NCBI GenBank assembly: GCA_046735355.1
Contig: JBKPTC010000031.1
Location: 159 to 64,158 of the forward strand
Origin: a bacterium
GTDB lineage: Bacteria > Actinomycetota > UBA4738 > HRBIN12
Direction: 5' to 3'
Length of the DNA: 64,000 bases
In this document: positions 18,200 through 28,913 of the stretch, piece after piece
Layout of the letters: each line of letters begins with the position of its first letter
Numbering within the stretch: the first letter of the stretch is position 1
Position numbers and translations under genes: made by a program
The notes under the pieces: model-generated
The model's database searches: none
Told to the model about the DNA's origin: nothing
What the model saw: the letters and a program-made list of their open reading frames with translations, nothing else

Positions 18200-19204
18200 A
18201 TGCTGGCGGCCCGGTTCCTGGGTGACCGGAAGGTGCGGATCGAGGACGTCGACCGTCCTCGGCCCGGCGACGGGGAGGTGCTCGTGCGCGTCGACACGTG
18301 CGCGCTCTGCGGGACCGACCGCCGGACCTGGCTCGAGGGGTCGGAGCAGATCCCGGGCCACGAGGTGTCGGGAACCGTCGCCGCGGTCGGTCGCGGCGTT
18401 CCCGAGGCGATCGCCGAGGGCGCCCGCGGGGTGGTGTATCTCGTTGCCTCGTGCGGCGGGTGCGCGGCCTGCGCGATCGGCGCGCCCAATACCTGCCTAC
18501 GGAAGCGGGCGACGTACGGGTTCAGCGCGCCTGGCGGGTTCGCGGAGTACGTCGCCGTTCGCGCCGATTGCTTCCTCCCGGTGGACGAGGCGATCCCCCT
18601 CGACGCCGCGACGAGCCTGCTCGACCTCTTCGGAACCACGACGCATGCGTTCGTCCGGGCGGGGCGCTCCGCGATCGGGTCCGTCGCGGTGATCGGATGC
18701 GGACCGATCGGCCTCGGTGCCATCGCCGTCGCCAGGAGGCTGCGCGTGCCCGTGATCCTCGGCGTCGACACGTCCGGGTACCGCCTCGACCTCGCCGCGA
18801 GGCTCGGCGCGGCGCCGCTCGACGTCGGTCTGGCCGATCGGGAGGTCTCGGCCCGTCGCGTCTCACCGGACGGCTTCGACGTGGTGATCGAGGCGGCAGG
18901 AACGACCTCGTCCCAACGAGCCGCCATCGACGCCTGCGGTCCCGGGGGCGTCGTCGTGGCGGTCGCCCACAGCGACCGGCCTCTCGAGCTCTGGACGTCG
19001 TCGGATCTCATCTCGGTCGAGCGAGCGATCGTCGGCTCCGAGTACTTCCCGCCGACCGTGTTCGCGGGGGTGCACGAGGCGCTTCGCACCGGCGCGCTCG
19101 ACCCGGCGCCGATCCTGACGCACCGGTTCCCGCTCGAACGGATCGCCGAGGCGTGCGAGACGTTCTTCGGAGGCGAGAGCGGGAAGGTGTTGGTCCGTCC
19201 GTGA
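18200..19204 (+). CDS. Zn-dependent alcohol dehydrogenase (MDR family).
   Basis: MLAARFLGDRKVRIEDVDRPRPGDGEVLVRVDTCALCGTDRRTWLEG...GHEVSGTV shows the catalytic Zn motif GHE. CGGCAACAIGAPNTC is the structural Zn site. AVIGCGPIGLG is the Rossmann motif. Confidence 0.85.
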   Translation: MLAARFLGDRKVRIEDVDRPRPGDGEVLVRVDTCALCGTDRRTWLEGSEQIPGHEVSGTVAAVGRGVPEAIAEGARGVVYLVASCGGCAACAIGAPNTCLRKRATYGFSAPGGFAEYVAVRADCFLPVDEAIPLDAATSLLDLFGTTTHAFVRAGRSAIGSVAVIGCGPIGLGAIAVARRLRVPVILGVDTSGYRLDLAARLGAAPLDVGLADREVSARRVSPDGFDVVIEAAGTTSSQRAAIDACGPGGVVVAVAHSDRPLELWTSSDLISVERAIVGSEYFPPTVFAGVHEALRTGALDPAPILTHRFPLERIAEACETFFGGESGKVLVRP

Positions 19205-20199
19205 CCGATCGGTCGCTCACGGCAGCCGTCATCGGTGCCGGCCCCGTCGGCGAGATGCACGCCCGCGCGCTCGCCGCCCATCCGTCCGTACGCCTCGTCG
19301 CCGTCTGTGCGCGCTCGAAGGGGCGGGTGAACACGCTCGCCGAGCGGTACGGCGCGCGCACGGCGATCGGGATCGACGAGCTGCTCGCGGACCCGCCGGA
19401 TCTCGTGTGCGTCGCGACGGGGAACTCCGAGCACGTCGAGCCGACGCTCGCCGCGATCGACGCCGGGTGCCACGTCTTCGTCGAGAAGCCCATCGCGTGG
19501 CGCCCGGAGGAGGCGAGGCGGATGGTCGCTGCGGCGGCGTCCCGGAACTCGCGCCTGGGCGTGAACCTCAACCATCGGTTCTCGGAGCCGTACGGGCGCG
19601 CGCTCGCCTACGTTCGCGACGGGCTGCTCGGGACGCCGGCCTATCTCGCGATGCGGTTCACCGGCGACCTCTATCCCGTGCTCGGCGACCCGTACTGCAT
19701 GCTCATCGAGACGCAGGGACACAGCTTCGACACCATGGAGCTGTTCGGGGGCGAGATCGAGGAGATATCGGCGTTCCTCGCGGATCCTCGCGGGCTGGGC
19801 GTGTTCACGAGCGCCGCGGTCGCCGTCCGGTTCGCGAGCGGCGCCGTCGGAACGCTCCTCGGGAGCTGGGACGCGTCGTATGACCAGCCGCAGGCCGTGA
19901 CCCTCGAGGTGGCCGGAATCGACGGACGCGTTCAGGTGGACAACATCGTGGACGCGGTCCGGATCTACCGCGCGGGCCGGGACGGATACGAGGAGTGGCG
20001 GCCCGGCATCTTCCGCACGGATCGCCGCGACTTCTGGTCGACGATCGATCGCCACATCTTCGCCTTCGTCGATGCGCTTCTCGCCGGGGATGAACCGCCC
20101 GTGACGGGCGAGGACGGCCTCCGCGCGCTCGAGCTGACGTACGCGACCATCCGCTCGTTCGAGGAGGGCGCTCCGGTCCGAATGGGGCGCCCCGCATGA
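19201..20199 (+). CDS. Gfo/Idh/MocA family NAD(P)-dependent oxidoreductase.
   Basis: The GTG overlaps the ADH stop (GTGA). AAVIGAGPVGEMHARAL...VRLVAVCARS...DLVCVATGNSEHVEPTLAAIDAGCHVFVEKP is the canonical N-terminal Rossmann region. Confidence 0.85.
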   Translation: MTDRSLTAAVIGAGPVGEMHARALAAHPSVRLVAVCARSKGRVNTLAERYGARTAIGIDELLADPPDLVCVATGNSEHVEPTLAAIDAGCHVFVEKPIAWRPEEARRMVAAAASRNSRLGVNLNHRFSEPYGRALAYVRDGLLGTPAYLAMRFTGDLYPVLGDPYCMLIETQGHSFDTMELFGGEIEEISAFLADPRGLGVFTSAAVAVRFASGAVGTLLGSWDASYDQPQAVTLEVAGIDGRVQVDNIVDAVRIYRAGRDGYEEWRPGIFRTDRRDFWSTIDRHIFAFVDALLAGDEPPVTGEDGLRALELTYATIRSFEEGAPVRMGRPA

Positions 20200-21467
20200 G
20201 CGCGTCGTTCCGGTGGGCCACCGGGATCGAGGACACGTTCATCCCGCAGGAGGGGCCGGGGCGCCGGCGACTCGACGAGTACGAGCTCGTGCAGCACTAC
20301 CGCTGCTGGCGCGAGGACGTAGACATCGCCGCGGACATCGGCCTCGACGCGATGCGGTACGGCATCCCGTGGTACCGGGTCGAGCCCGAGCCGGGACGAT
20401 ACGACTGGTCGTTCACCGACGCGGTCGTTCCCTACCTCGTGGAACGCCGGATCGAGCCCATCGTCGATCTCGTCCACTACGGCACGCCGACATGGCTGGA
20501 GGGCGAGTTCTCGAACGCCGAGTACCCCGAGCGCGTCGCCGCGTACGCGTCCGCGTTCGCCGAGCGTTACCGGGACCTCGTGCGTTGGTACACCCCGCTC
20601 AACGAGCCGTTCGTGAACGCCGAGCTCTGTGGGTACACGGGCCACTGGCCACCGTACCTGCGCGGCGACGTCGGATTCACGAAGCTCGTGCGGCAACTCG
20701 CCCGCGGGATCGTGCTGACGCAGCGGGCGTTGAAGGAAGTGCGGCCCGACGCGATCTGCGTGCACGTCGAGGCGATCGGCTACGGGACGACGGACGATCC
20801 GGCCCTCCGTGAACGACTCGACCTCGACCTGGAGCGGATGTACGCGGCGATCGAGCTCGTGCGGGGTGGCGTCGCACCCGGCTCGACGTTGGACCGGTAC
20901 CTCCGTGCCAACGGGATGGCCGAGCGCGACCTGGCCTGGTTCGCCGACCATGCCGTCGAGATCGACGTCGTCGGCGTGAACTACTACCCGTTCATGAGCG
21001 TGTGGCGTCGGTGGGTAGAGGGCGATGCCGTGCGTCAGGAGGGCGTGTGGGGGGGCGGCGAGGCCCTGGCGCGCGTCGTGCGCGACTACCACGAGCGTTA
21101 CGGCCGTCCGATCTTCATCACCGAGTGCAGCCTCAACGAGGGCGCGCTGCGAGGAAGCGGCTTCGGCGTGCCGCCGTATCCCGTCGACGGTCGGGAGGGA
21201 TCGCGCCGGGCCAGGTGGCTCGACGAGGCGGTGAAGACCGTCGCCGACCTTCGCGCCTGCGGGGTCCCGGTCGTCGGCTTCTGTTGGTGGCCGCTGTACG
21301 ACCTCGTCAACTGGGAGTACCGCGAGGGCACCGGGCCGGTCGAGCGGTACCTCGAGCCGATGGGGCTGTACGCGCTTCGCCCGGGATCCGACGGCCGGCT
21401 GCGCCGGGAGCGCCTTCCGGTCGCCGACCGGATGGCGGAGATCATCGCGACCCGTTCGGAGCCGTGA
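20196..21467 (+). CDS. Glycoside hydrolase family 1-like (beta-glycosidase).
   Basis: ATGA overlap with the upstream stop. FRWATGIEDTFIPQ, YTPLNEPFV (acid/base Glu) and IFITECSLNEG (nucleophile region) fit the GH1 (beta/alpha)8 pattern. Confidence 0.75.
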   Translation: MSASFRWATGIEDTFIPQEGPGRRRLDEYELVQHYRCWREDVDIAADIGLDAMRYGIPWYRVEPEPGRYDWSFTDAVVPYLVERRIEPIVDLVHYGTPTWLEGEFSNAEYPERVAAYASAFAERYRDLVRWYTPLNEPFVNAELCGYTGHWPPYLRGDVGFTKLVRQLARGIVLTQRALKEVRPDAICVHVEAIGYGTTDDPALRERLDLDLERMYAAIELVRGGVAPGSTLDRYLRANGMAERDLAWFADHAVEIDVVGVNYYPFMSVWRRWVEGDAVRQEGVWGGGEALARVVRDYHERYGRPIFITECSLNEGALRGSGFGVPPYPVDGREGSRRARWLDEAVKTVADLRACGVPVVGFCWWPLYDLVNWEYREGTGPVERYLEPMGLYALRPGSDGRLRRERLPVADRMAEIIATRSEP

Positions 21468-22636
21468 TCTCGGACGCGCCCGACGAGCGGCTCCGCGACC
21501 AGATCCGGCGAGCGGCGGCCGTCTTCGAGGACCGGACGGGGCGACGGCCGGACGGCGTGTGGGCGGCGCCCGGCCGCGTCAACCTCGTCGGCGAGCACAC
21601 CGACTACAACGACGGGTTCGTGCTCCCGTTCGCGATCGATCGCCACGCCGTCGTCGCGATCGGGCTTGCGCGCGATCGCCGGCTGCGTCTGTGGTCGGCG
21701 CAGGAAGAGACGACGGTCGACGTCGCGGCGGAGGACGTCAGGCCCGGGATGCCGGGCGGGTGGGGGGCCTATCCGGCGGGCGTGTTCTGGGCGCTCGCCC
21801 GGGCGGGCATCGAGGTTCCGGGCTTCGACCTCGTCGTCGACGGCTCGGTCCCGATCGGGTCGGGCGTGTCCTCGAGCGCCGCGCTCGAATGCGCGGTGGG
21901 CCTCGGCCTCGCCGAGCTCGCGGGATCGGCGCCGGATCGCGTGGAACTGGCGCTCGTGGCGCAGCGCGCCGAGGTCGAGGCGGTCGGGATGCCGTGCGGC
22001 GTCATGGACCAGATGGCGTCGATGCTGTGCCGTGCCGGTCACGGGCTCTTCCTCGACGCGCGCGATCTGTCGTTCGAGCACATCCCGCTCGAGGCTCCAG
22101 GCCTGTCGATGCTCGTCGTCGACACGCGGGTCGCACGACGGTTGACGGATGGCCGCTACGCGGAGCGCCGGGCCGAATGCGAGAGCGCGGCGGAGATCCT
22201 GCGCGTTCCGGCGTTGCGCGACGCCTCGGCCGCCGACGTCGACGGGGCGCGTGAAGCGCTCGGACCGATCCGGTACCGACGCGCTCGCCACGTCGTGAGC
22301 GAGAACGCCCGTGTGCTCGCGGTCGTCGACGCGGCCCGGGCGGGACGGTGGGACGAGATCGGCCCGGTGCTCTCGGCGTCACACGCGTCCCTGCGGGACG
22401 ACTTCGAGGTCTCGAGCCCGGAGCTCGATGCCGTCGTCGACGCGGCACAGGCGGCGGGCGCGCTCGGCGCGCGGATGACCGGCGCTGGATTCGGGGGGTC
22501 CGCGCTCGTCCTGGCGCGGGCCTCGACGGTCGAGGACGTCGTACGCGAGATCGAGACGGGGTTCGGGCGTCGCGGGTTCGAGCGGCCGACCACCGCCGAG
22601 GTGCGGCCGGTGGACGGCGCCCGCCGCGTCCGGTGA
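21464..22636 (+). CDS. galK: Galactokinase (GHMP kinase).
   Basis: The GTG overlaps the GH1 stop. APGRVNLVGEHTDYNDGFVLPFAID is the galactokinase signature. PIGSGVSSSAALECA is the GHMP ATP-binding motif. Confidence 0.85.
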   Translation: MISDAPDERLRDQIRRAAAVFEDRTGRRPDGVWAAPGRVNLVGEHTDYNDGFVLPFAIDRHAVVAIGLARDRRLRLWSAQEETTVDVAAEDVRPGMPGGWGAYPAGVFWALARAGIEVPGFDLVVDGSVPIGSGVSSSAALECAVGLGLAELAGSAPDRVELALVAQRAEVEAVGMPCGVMDQMASMLCRAGHGLFLDARDLSFEHIPLEAPGLSMLVVDTRVARRLTDGRYAERRAECESAAEILRVPALRDASAADVDGAREALGPIRYRRARHVVSENARVLAVVDAARAGRWDEIGPVLSASHASLRDDFEVSSPELDAVVDAAQAAGALGARMTGAGFGGSALVLARASTVEDVVREIETGFGRRGFERPTTAEVRPVDGARRVR

Positions 22637-22734
22637 GCCGGGGGGCGCGTTCCCGGCGGCCACGCGACAACGGTCGGCTCCCGCTCGGAGCAAGGCGGGA
22701 GTATCATCCGAGACCGTCTCGGGAGGGGGTTCCG

Positions 22735-24024
22735 ATGTCGGGTGTTCGAACCGTCGCGGCCGCGATCGCCATCACGATGCTCGTCGCCGTCGGGTGCAGT
22801 GGCGGGGGAACCGAGAACGCGCCGGGAACGATCGTGGTGATGCTGCCGAGCGACAATCCAGGAGACATCCAGCTGCGCCGGGCGCAGGCCGAAGCGTTCA
22901 TGAAGTCGCATCCGAAGATCAAGGTGCAGGTGCAGGTCATCCCGTCGGAGGGGTACAACGAGCGGGTCTTCACCAGCATCGGTGGGGGGAACGCCCCCGA
23001 CATCTTCAACTCCGGCGACGTCGTGATCCCGTCGATCGTGCAGCGACACGTCGCCCTGGACCTCAACCAATTCGTCAAGAGAGACAACTACGACCTGGGG
23101 CAGTTCTACCCGCAGGTGATCCAAGGGCTGACGCTCGACAACCAGCTCGTCGGGCTCACCGACAACTGGGACACACAGGTCATGTACTACAACCGCGATC
23201 TGTTCCAGAAGGCGGGCGTGCCGGAGCCGACGGCGGACTGGACGTGGGACGACGTCGTGTCGGCGGCGCAGAAGATCACGTCGGGGTCCGGGGGCAGCAA
23301 GACATGGGGGCTGCTGTACGAGACGTGGTTCGCACCGCTCGATGATCAGGTCTACTCCTTCGGGGGACAGGTGTTCAGCGACGACGGCAAGCAGTGTCTG
23401 CTCGACGAGCCGCAGAGCGTCGCGGCGCTACAATCGATCGTCGACGTGATGAAGGCCGGGTACGCGCCCCAGCCGCAGGTCTTCGAGCAGGAGGGCCAGG
23501 ACCCGTTCTCGATCTTCGCTGCGGGTCACGCCGGGATGTGGATCGGTTCCGGCCGGTGGTCGGCGTTCGACCTGCAGGGCGTGAAGGACCTGGACTGGGC
23601 GATCGCGCCGCGGCCGAACGGGCCCGATAGCCCGCGGAGCAACTTCTTCCACCTCGCGATGTACGCGATCACCTCGGCCAGCAACGACAAGAACAACGCC
23701 TGGGAGTTCCTGAAGTACATGGTGAGCCCGGAGGGCATCACGCAGGCGTTCGAGAGCATGCAGGGTATCCCGTCGCGGCCGGCTCTCGCCGAGGATCCGA
23801 AGATCACCAACACGGATATCGTTCAGCAGCACGACGCGTTCCAGCCGTTCGTGGAGTCGCTGCCCACCGTGCGGGCGGCCCCGTTCCTCTCGAATTTCTT
23901 CGAGGTCGATGACGCGATCGGAAACGGCCTCGATCCGATGTGGCGGGGCGAGGCCGACGTCCAATCCACGGCCACGAAGGTATGCCAGCGCGTCGACGAG
24001 CTGCTGTCCGAGCAGCAGTCGTAG
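22735..24024 (+). CDS. ABC transporter extracellular solute-binding protein (family 1, carbohydrate); lipoprotein.
   Basis: RBS gggagggggt before ATG 22735. Lipobox MLVAVGCSGGG. Overall family-1 SBP pattern. Confidence 0.8.
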   Translation: MSGVRTVAAAIAITMLVAVGCSGGGTENAPGTIVVMLPSDNPGDIQLRRAQAEAFMKSHPKIKVQVQVIPSEGYNERVFTSIGGGNAPDIFNSGDVVIPSIVQRHVALDLNQFVKRDNYDLGQFYPQVIQGLTLDNQLVGLTDNWDTQVMYYNRDLFQKAGVPEPTADWTWDDVVSAAQKITSGSGGSKTWGLLYETWFAPLDDQVYSFGGQVFSDDGKQCLLDEPQSVAALQSIVDVMKAGYAPQPQVFEQEGQDPFSIFAAGHAGMWIGSGRWSAFDLQGVKDLDWAIAPRPNGPDSPRSNFFHLAMYAITSASNDKNNAWEFLKYMVSPEGITQAFESMQGIPSRPALAEDPKITNTDIVQQHDAFQPFVESLPTVRAAPFLSNFFEVDDAIGNGLDPMWRGEADVQSTATKVCQRVDELLSEQQS

Positions 24025-24051
24025 CACCGTCCAGGCACCGGGGAGTGGTCG

Positions 24052-25038
24052 ATGTCGGACCAGGCACCTGACGCGATCGCGAGGCCGCTCGGCGATCAAA
24101 CCGGCGGGCTCCCGGCCGTCGCGATCCCCGTCCCGCCGCGCCCGAGTCTCCGCGAGCGATGGCTCAGTCGCGACACGCTCGCCGCGTATCTGTTCCTGGC
24201 GCCGGCGCTCGTCCACTTCTTGGTCTTCTTCCTCGGCCTCGTCGTGATCTCGCTCGGCCTGTCGTTCATGAGCTGGGATCTGTTCAGTCCTGCGAAGTTC
24301 GTCGGTCTCGCGAACTACAAGCGCCTGCTGTTCGAGGACCCGGACTTCTGGCCGACGTTCTGGCGGACGACCTACTACGTCGTTCTCGTCATCCCGACGG
24401 CCGTCGCCGCGGAGCTTCTGCTCGCGCTCGCGGTGAACACGCGGCTGCGGGCGATCAAGTTCTTCCGCGCCACCTACTTCATCCCCGTGGTGGCGTCGGC
24501 GGTGGCCGTCGCCCTCGTCTGGGGCTGGATCCTCAACACGCAGAGCGGGATCCTCAACTGGTTCCTGGGCTTCTTCGGGATCGGATCGATCGACTGGTTG
24601 GGCAGTCCGCGGCTCGCGATGCCGTCCGTCGCGCTCGTCCAGGTCTGGCGCGGCCTCGGCGAGGGGATGATCATCTTTCTCGCGGGCCTACAGGCGATCC
24701 CGCAGCACCTGTACGAGGCGGCCGAGCTCGACGGCGCCGGTCGGTGGGCCAAGTTCCGGAGCGTCACCTGGCCGCTGCTCGCGCCGACGACCTTCTTCGT
24801 GACGGTGCTCGAGGTCATCGGGTCGTTCCAGGTGTTCGACATGATCTACCTGCTGACGCGCGGTGGCCCGGCGCAGGCGACCACGGTGTACAACTACGAG
24901 CTTTACCAGCAGGCGTTCCGCGACTTCCGGATGGGGTACGCGGCGGCGATGACGTGGCTCTTGTTCGTCGTCATCGGCGTCCTCACGCTCATCCAGTTCC
25001 GCGTGATCAACCGGCGGGTGCAGTATGAGCTCGGCTAG
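24052..25038 (+). CDS. ABC sugar transporter permease (MalF/UgpA-like).
   Basis: Six TM helices. EAA-loop region IFLAGLQAIPQHLYEAAELDGAGRWAKFRSVTWPLL. Confidence 0.85.
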   Translation: MSDQAPDAIARPLGDQTGGLPAVAIPVPPRPSLRERWLSRDTLAAYLFLAPALVHFLVFFLGLVVISLGLSFMSWDLFSPAKFVGLANYKRLLFEDPDFWPTFWRTTYYVVLVIPTAVAAELLLALAVNTRLRAIKFFRATYFIPVVASAVAVALVWGWILNTQSGILNWFLGFFGIGSIDWLGSPRLAMPSVALVQVWRGLGEGMIIFLAGLQAIPQHLYEAAELDGAGRWAKFRSVTWPLLAPTTFFVTVLEVIGSFQVFDMIYLLTRGGPAQATTVYNYELYQQAFRDFRMGYAAAMTWLLFVVIGVLTLIQFRVINRRVQYELG

Positions 25039-25927
25039 CGCCGTCGAGTCGACGACGCCCCCGCAGGCGCAGCGCGTCGCCCCATCCCCGGACCAGGAGG
25101 AGCGCAGCCCGGCGTCCCGGCGGACGGTCGCCTACCTCGGCCTGGCCGCACTCGCGATCGTGTGCGTCCTCCCGTTCGTCTGGATGCTCGCGACGTCGCT
25201 GAAGACCGTCGACGAGGTGATCCGCGAGCCGCACAAGCTGATCCCGTCGGACCCGCAGGTCTCGAACTACACGACCCTCTGGCGCGACTTCCCGATGTCG
25301 GCGTGGATCTGGAATTCGTTCAAGGTCAGCGCGCTCGTGACGGTCGGCGTGGTCGCGACGTCGGCGCTCGCCGCGTACGCCTTCGCCCGGATCGAGTTCC
25401 CTGGCCGCAACCTCATCTTCCTCGCGTTCCTGGCGACGCTGATGATCCCGGGCATGGTGTACCAGGTCCCGAAGTTCGCGCTGATCCAGAGGATCGGGTG
25501 GCAGAACACGCACACCGCGCTCATCGTGCCGGCGCTGTCGAGCGCGTTCGGTGTCTTCCTGCTTCGCCAGTTCTTCCTCACGTTGCCGCGGGAGCTCGAG
25601 GAGGCGGCGCGGATGGACGGCGCCGGCCACATCCGGATCTTCACGCGCATCATCCTGCCGTTGTCCGGCCCTGCGCTGGCCACCCTCGCGGTCTTCACGT
25701 TCGTCGGGACGTGGAATGACTTTCTGAACCCGTTGCTGTTCATCGACGACTATCAGAAGTACACGCTCCAGATCGGTCTCAGCTTCCTGAACGAGCAGCA
25801 TCGGAGTGTCGTGAACTTCAACCGGCTGATGGCGGGCGACGTGATCGCGCTCGTTCCGATGATCGTCGTCTTCATCGTCGCGCAGCGGTATTACGTCCGC
25901 GGCATCGCGCTCACGGGGATCAAGTGA
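25025..25927 (+). CDS. ABC sugar transporter permease (MalG/UgpE-like).
   Basis: Overlaps the upstream permease. EAA loop LPRELEEAARMDGAGHIRIFTRIILPLSGPAL. Confidence 0.85.
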   Translation: MSSASAVESTTPPQAQRVAPSPDQEERSPASRRTVAYLGLAALAIVCVLPFVWMLATSLKTVDEVIREPHKLIPSDPQVSNYTTLWRDFPMSAWIWNSFKVSALVTVGVVATSALAAYAFARIEFPGRNLIFLAFLATLMIPGMVYQVPKFALIQRIGWQNTHTALIVPALSSAFGVFLLRQFFLTLPRELEEAARMDGAGHIRIFTRIILPLSGPALATLAVFTFVGTWNDFLNPLLFIDDYQKYTLQIGLSFLNEQHRSVVNFNRLMAGDVIALVPMIVVFIVAQRYYVRGIALTGIK

Positions 25928-25961
25928 GGCGCGTCGCGGTCGGGACGCTTGTTCGCTGACG

Positions 25962-27017
25962 ATGGGGTACGCCGTCACGTTCGACGCGCCCGGCGTGGTC
26001 GGCTTCGCCGAGGAGGAGGATCCGGCCCTCGAAGGCGCGCAGGTCAGGCTGCGGACGCTGTTCTCGGGTATCTCGGCCGGGACCGAGCTCACCGGGTACC
26101 GGGGGACGAACCCGTACCTCGACAAGCGGTGGGACCCGGAGCGGCGTCTGTTCGTTCCCGAGACCGGGGCGTCGTTGAGCTACCCCGTGGTCGGCTGGGG
26201 CTACGAGGAGGTCGGCGAGGTCGAGGAGGTGGGCCCCGGGGTGACCTCATTGTCCCCCGGACAGGTGGTGTGGGGGACGTGGGGACACCGTTCGCACGTC
26301 GTCGTCGACGAGGCGTGGGCGGTCGCTCGCGTCCTCGCCGATCCGGCCGACCCGATCGTGGGCGTGTTCTCGCAGATCGGCTCGATCGCGCTCAATGCGG
26401 TCCTCGACGCGAACGTTCACGTCGGCGAGACCGTCGCGGTGTTCGGTCAGGGGGTGCCGGGTCTTCTCGTGATGCAGCTCGTGCGGGCCAACGGGGGGAC
26501 GGTCGTCGCCGTCGACGGCATCGCGTCGCGCCTCCGGCTCTCACGCGAGCTCGGCGCGGACCACGTCGTCGATGTGGGCGCCGATCGCCCCGCCCAGGTG
26601 GTGAAGCGGCTGACCGACGGGCGCGGCGCCGACGTGTCGATCGAGATCAGCGGATCGGCGGCCGCCCTCCACGAGGCGATCCGGTCGACGGCGTACAACT
26701 CCCGCGTCGTCGCCTCAGGCTTCTTTCAGGGGCCGGCCGCATCGCTGTTCCTCGGAGAGGAGTTCCATCACAATCGGGTGCACATCGTGTGCTCGCAGAT
26801 CTCGGGCGTGAGCCCATCGCTCGACCACCGGTGGAACGAACACCGGCTCCAGCGAACGTTCATGAGTCTCGTCGCCGGAGGTCGGATCGAGGTCCGTCCC
26901 CTGATCTCGCACGTCGTCCCGGTCCGTCGCGCGGCCGACGCGTTCCGTCTGCTCGACGAGCGGCCGGAGGACGCGGTCCAGGTCGTGCTCGACTTCACGG
27001 ACGGCGAGGCACCATGA
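25962..27017 (+). CDS. Zn-dependent dehydrogenase/oxidoreductase, MDR superfamily.
   Basis: GxGxxG-like VAVFGQGVPGLLVMQL. MDR catalytic-domain pattern AGTELTGYRG...VVGWGYEEVGEV. Confidence 0.7.
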   Translation: MGYAVTFDAPGVVGFAEEEDPALEGAQVRLRTLFSGISAGTELTGYRGTNPYLDKRWDPERRLFVPETGASLSYPVVGWGYEEVGEVEEVGPGVTSLSPGQVVWGTWGHRSHVVVDEAWAVARVLADPADPIVGVFSQIGSIALNAVLDANVHVGETVAVFGQGVPGLLVMQLVRANGGTVVAVDGIASRLRLSRELGADHVVDVGADRPAQVVKRLTDGRGADVSIEISGSAAALHEAIRSTAYNSRVVASGFFQGPAASLFLGEEFHHNRVHIVCSQISGVSPSLDHRWNEHRLQRTFMSLVAGGRIEVRPLISHVVPVRRAADAFRLLDERPEDAVQVVLDFTDGEAP

Positions 27018-27811
27018 GGCTCGCCTGCCAGGAGCAGCTGATCCCGGGGGATTCGCTCGAGGAGAAGTGGGAACTCGTTGCCACCGCGGGCTTCGACGGC
27101 ATCGAGGTGCTCGGACGCGGGGACGGCGAGTTCGCTCGCCGACGGCTCGAACTGTCTGGCGCGCGCGACCGCGGCGTCGTGATCTCGAGCGTCTGCGTCG
27201 CCATGGACCATTTCATCGGCGATTTCGACGACGCCCTGCGGCGCGATGCCATGGACCAGATGAAGATCCTGCTCTCGGTGATCGCTGAGGCGGGAGGGGT
27301 CGGGGCGGTCACGCCCGCCGCGTTCGGGCTCTGGTCCAACGCGCTCCCACCGTGGCGGCCGCCCGCGCGGACGCCGGAGGAGGACCGGCGGATCCTGGTG
27401 GACGCGCTCGCGGAGCTGGCCGGGCACGCCGAGCGGGAGGGGACGGCCGTGTTCCTCGAGCCGCTCAATCGATACGAGGATCACATGGTGAACACGGTCG
27501 GCGACGCTGCCGACATCGTGCGCCAGATCGGACGGCCGTCGGTCAAGGTCATGGCCGACACGTTCCACATGAGCATCGAGGAGGACGACCTCGCGGCCTC
27601 GATCCGCTCGGTGGGCGAGCTGATCGGACACGTGCAGCTGGGCGACAGCGGTCGCCTGCAGCCGGGCGTTGGTCACCTCGACTGGCCGCCGCTTATGGCG
27701 GCGCTCCGCGATGTCGGCTACGACGGCTGGCTCGCGATGGAGTGCGGGATCCGAGGGGATCCGCGGACCGAGCTGCCGAAGGTCGCGGAGCTGCTCAGGC
27801 CGCTGATGTGA
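27013..27811 (+). CDS. Sugar phosphate isomerase/epimerase (xylose isomerase-like TIM barrel).
   Basis: ATGA overlap with the upstream gene. AGFDGIEVLG...VFLEPLNRYEDHMVNTV...HVQLGDSGRLQPGVGHLDW are conserved barrel metal-site motifs. Confidence 0.8.
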
Positions 27812-27848
27812 GCGTCCCGGCTCGCGCCGCCGATGTGAGGGTTCCCGC

Positions 27849-28817
27849 TCAAGCCCACCACATCTGGCCGACCGGCTCGGCGAACAGGATCGACCGCAGC
27901 AGCTCCACGCCGCGTCGAAGCCCCTCGTCGATCGACATGTAGCCGTCCTCGTGCTCGATCGAGAGCACGTAGTCGTATCCGACCGCGCGAAGCGTGCTGA
28001 TGATGTCGCGCCACACCTTCTCGCCCTGGCCGTATCCGACGGTTCGAAAGACCCACGACCGATCGAGCAACTGCCCGTAGTGCTTGGTGTCGAGCACGCC
28101 GTTGATCGCCGTGTTCCGGCGGTCGATCTGCGTGTCCTTGGCGTGGAGGTGGACGATCGCGTCCTCGGCGGCCAGGGCCTTGATCACCTCGACGGGGTCC
28201 ATCCCCTGCCAGAACAGGTGACTCGGATCGAGGTTCGCGCCGACCGCGGAACCGCACGCGGCGCGCAGCTTCAGAAGCGTCTCGGTGTTGTAGACGACGA
28301 AGCCCGGGTGCATCTCGAAGCCGATCCTCACGCCGTGCGCCTTGGCGAAGGCGGCCTCGGCGCTCCAGTAGGGAACGACCTTCTCGTCCCACTGCCACTC
28401 GAGGATCTCGAGGAAGTCGTCGGGCCAGGGACACGTCACCCAGTTCGGATACCGTGAGCCCTCGCTGTCGCCGGGGCATCCGGAGAACGCGTTCACGACG
28501 GGCACCTCGAGCTGCTCGGCGAGGCGGACGGTCATGCGCCACGTCTCGTGCGCCCGCTCCGCGATCTCGCGCTGGGGATGAAGCGGGTTCCCGTGCTGGC
28601 TGAGCGCGCTGATGATCATCCCCCGGCCGTCGACGGCCTTCCGGAAGGCCTCCGCCGCCTGGCGATCCGATAACAGCGCGTCGGGATCGCAGTGGGCCGA
28701 CCCCGGGTAGTTTCCGGTACCGATCTCGACGGCCTCCACACCGAGTTCTTGCAGCCTGTCGAGCGCCTCCTCGAACGGCGCCTTCTGATACAGAACGCTG
28801 AACACTCCAAGCTTCAT
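27849..28817 (-). CDS. Sugar phosphate isomerase/epimerase (xylose isomerase-like TIM barrel).
   Basis: MKLGVFSVLYQKAPFEEALDRLQELGVEAVEIGTGNYPGSAHCD...RIGFEMHPGFVVYN...YVLSIEHEDGYMS. Confidence 0.85.
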   Translation of the reverse strand: MKLGVFSVLYQKAPFEEALDRLQELGVEAVEIGTGNYPGSAHCDPDALLSDRQAAEAFRKAVDGRGMIISALSQHGNPLHPQREIAERAHETWRMTVRLAEQLEVPVVNAFSGCPGDSEGSRYPNWVTCPWPDDFLEILEWQWDEKVVPYWSAEAAFAKAHGVRIGFEMHPGFVVYNTETLLKLRAACGSAVGANLDPSHLFWQGMDPVEVIKALAAEDAIVHLHAKDTQIDRRNTAINGVLDTKHYGQLLDRSWVFRTVGYGQGEKVWRDIISTLRAVGYDYVLSIEHEDGYMSIDEGLRRGVELLRSILFAEPVGQMWWA

Positions 28818-28913
28818 GCGACGCCCCCTCGGATCGGCCTTCGGCGAGCATAGTGCGTGCCTCCGGCGCAGGCGTTCGCCGCCTTCGGTCCGTCGCTGGA
28901 CCGGGCGCGGCCG

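Noticed and set aside
17390-19204. 604-aa ORF upstream of the alcohol dehydrogenase
   Set aside because: Only the part from ATG 18200 is ADH. The N-terminal 270 aa cross the att-like repeat and are low complexity.
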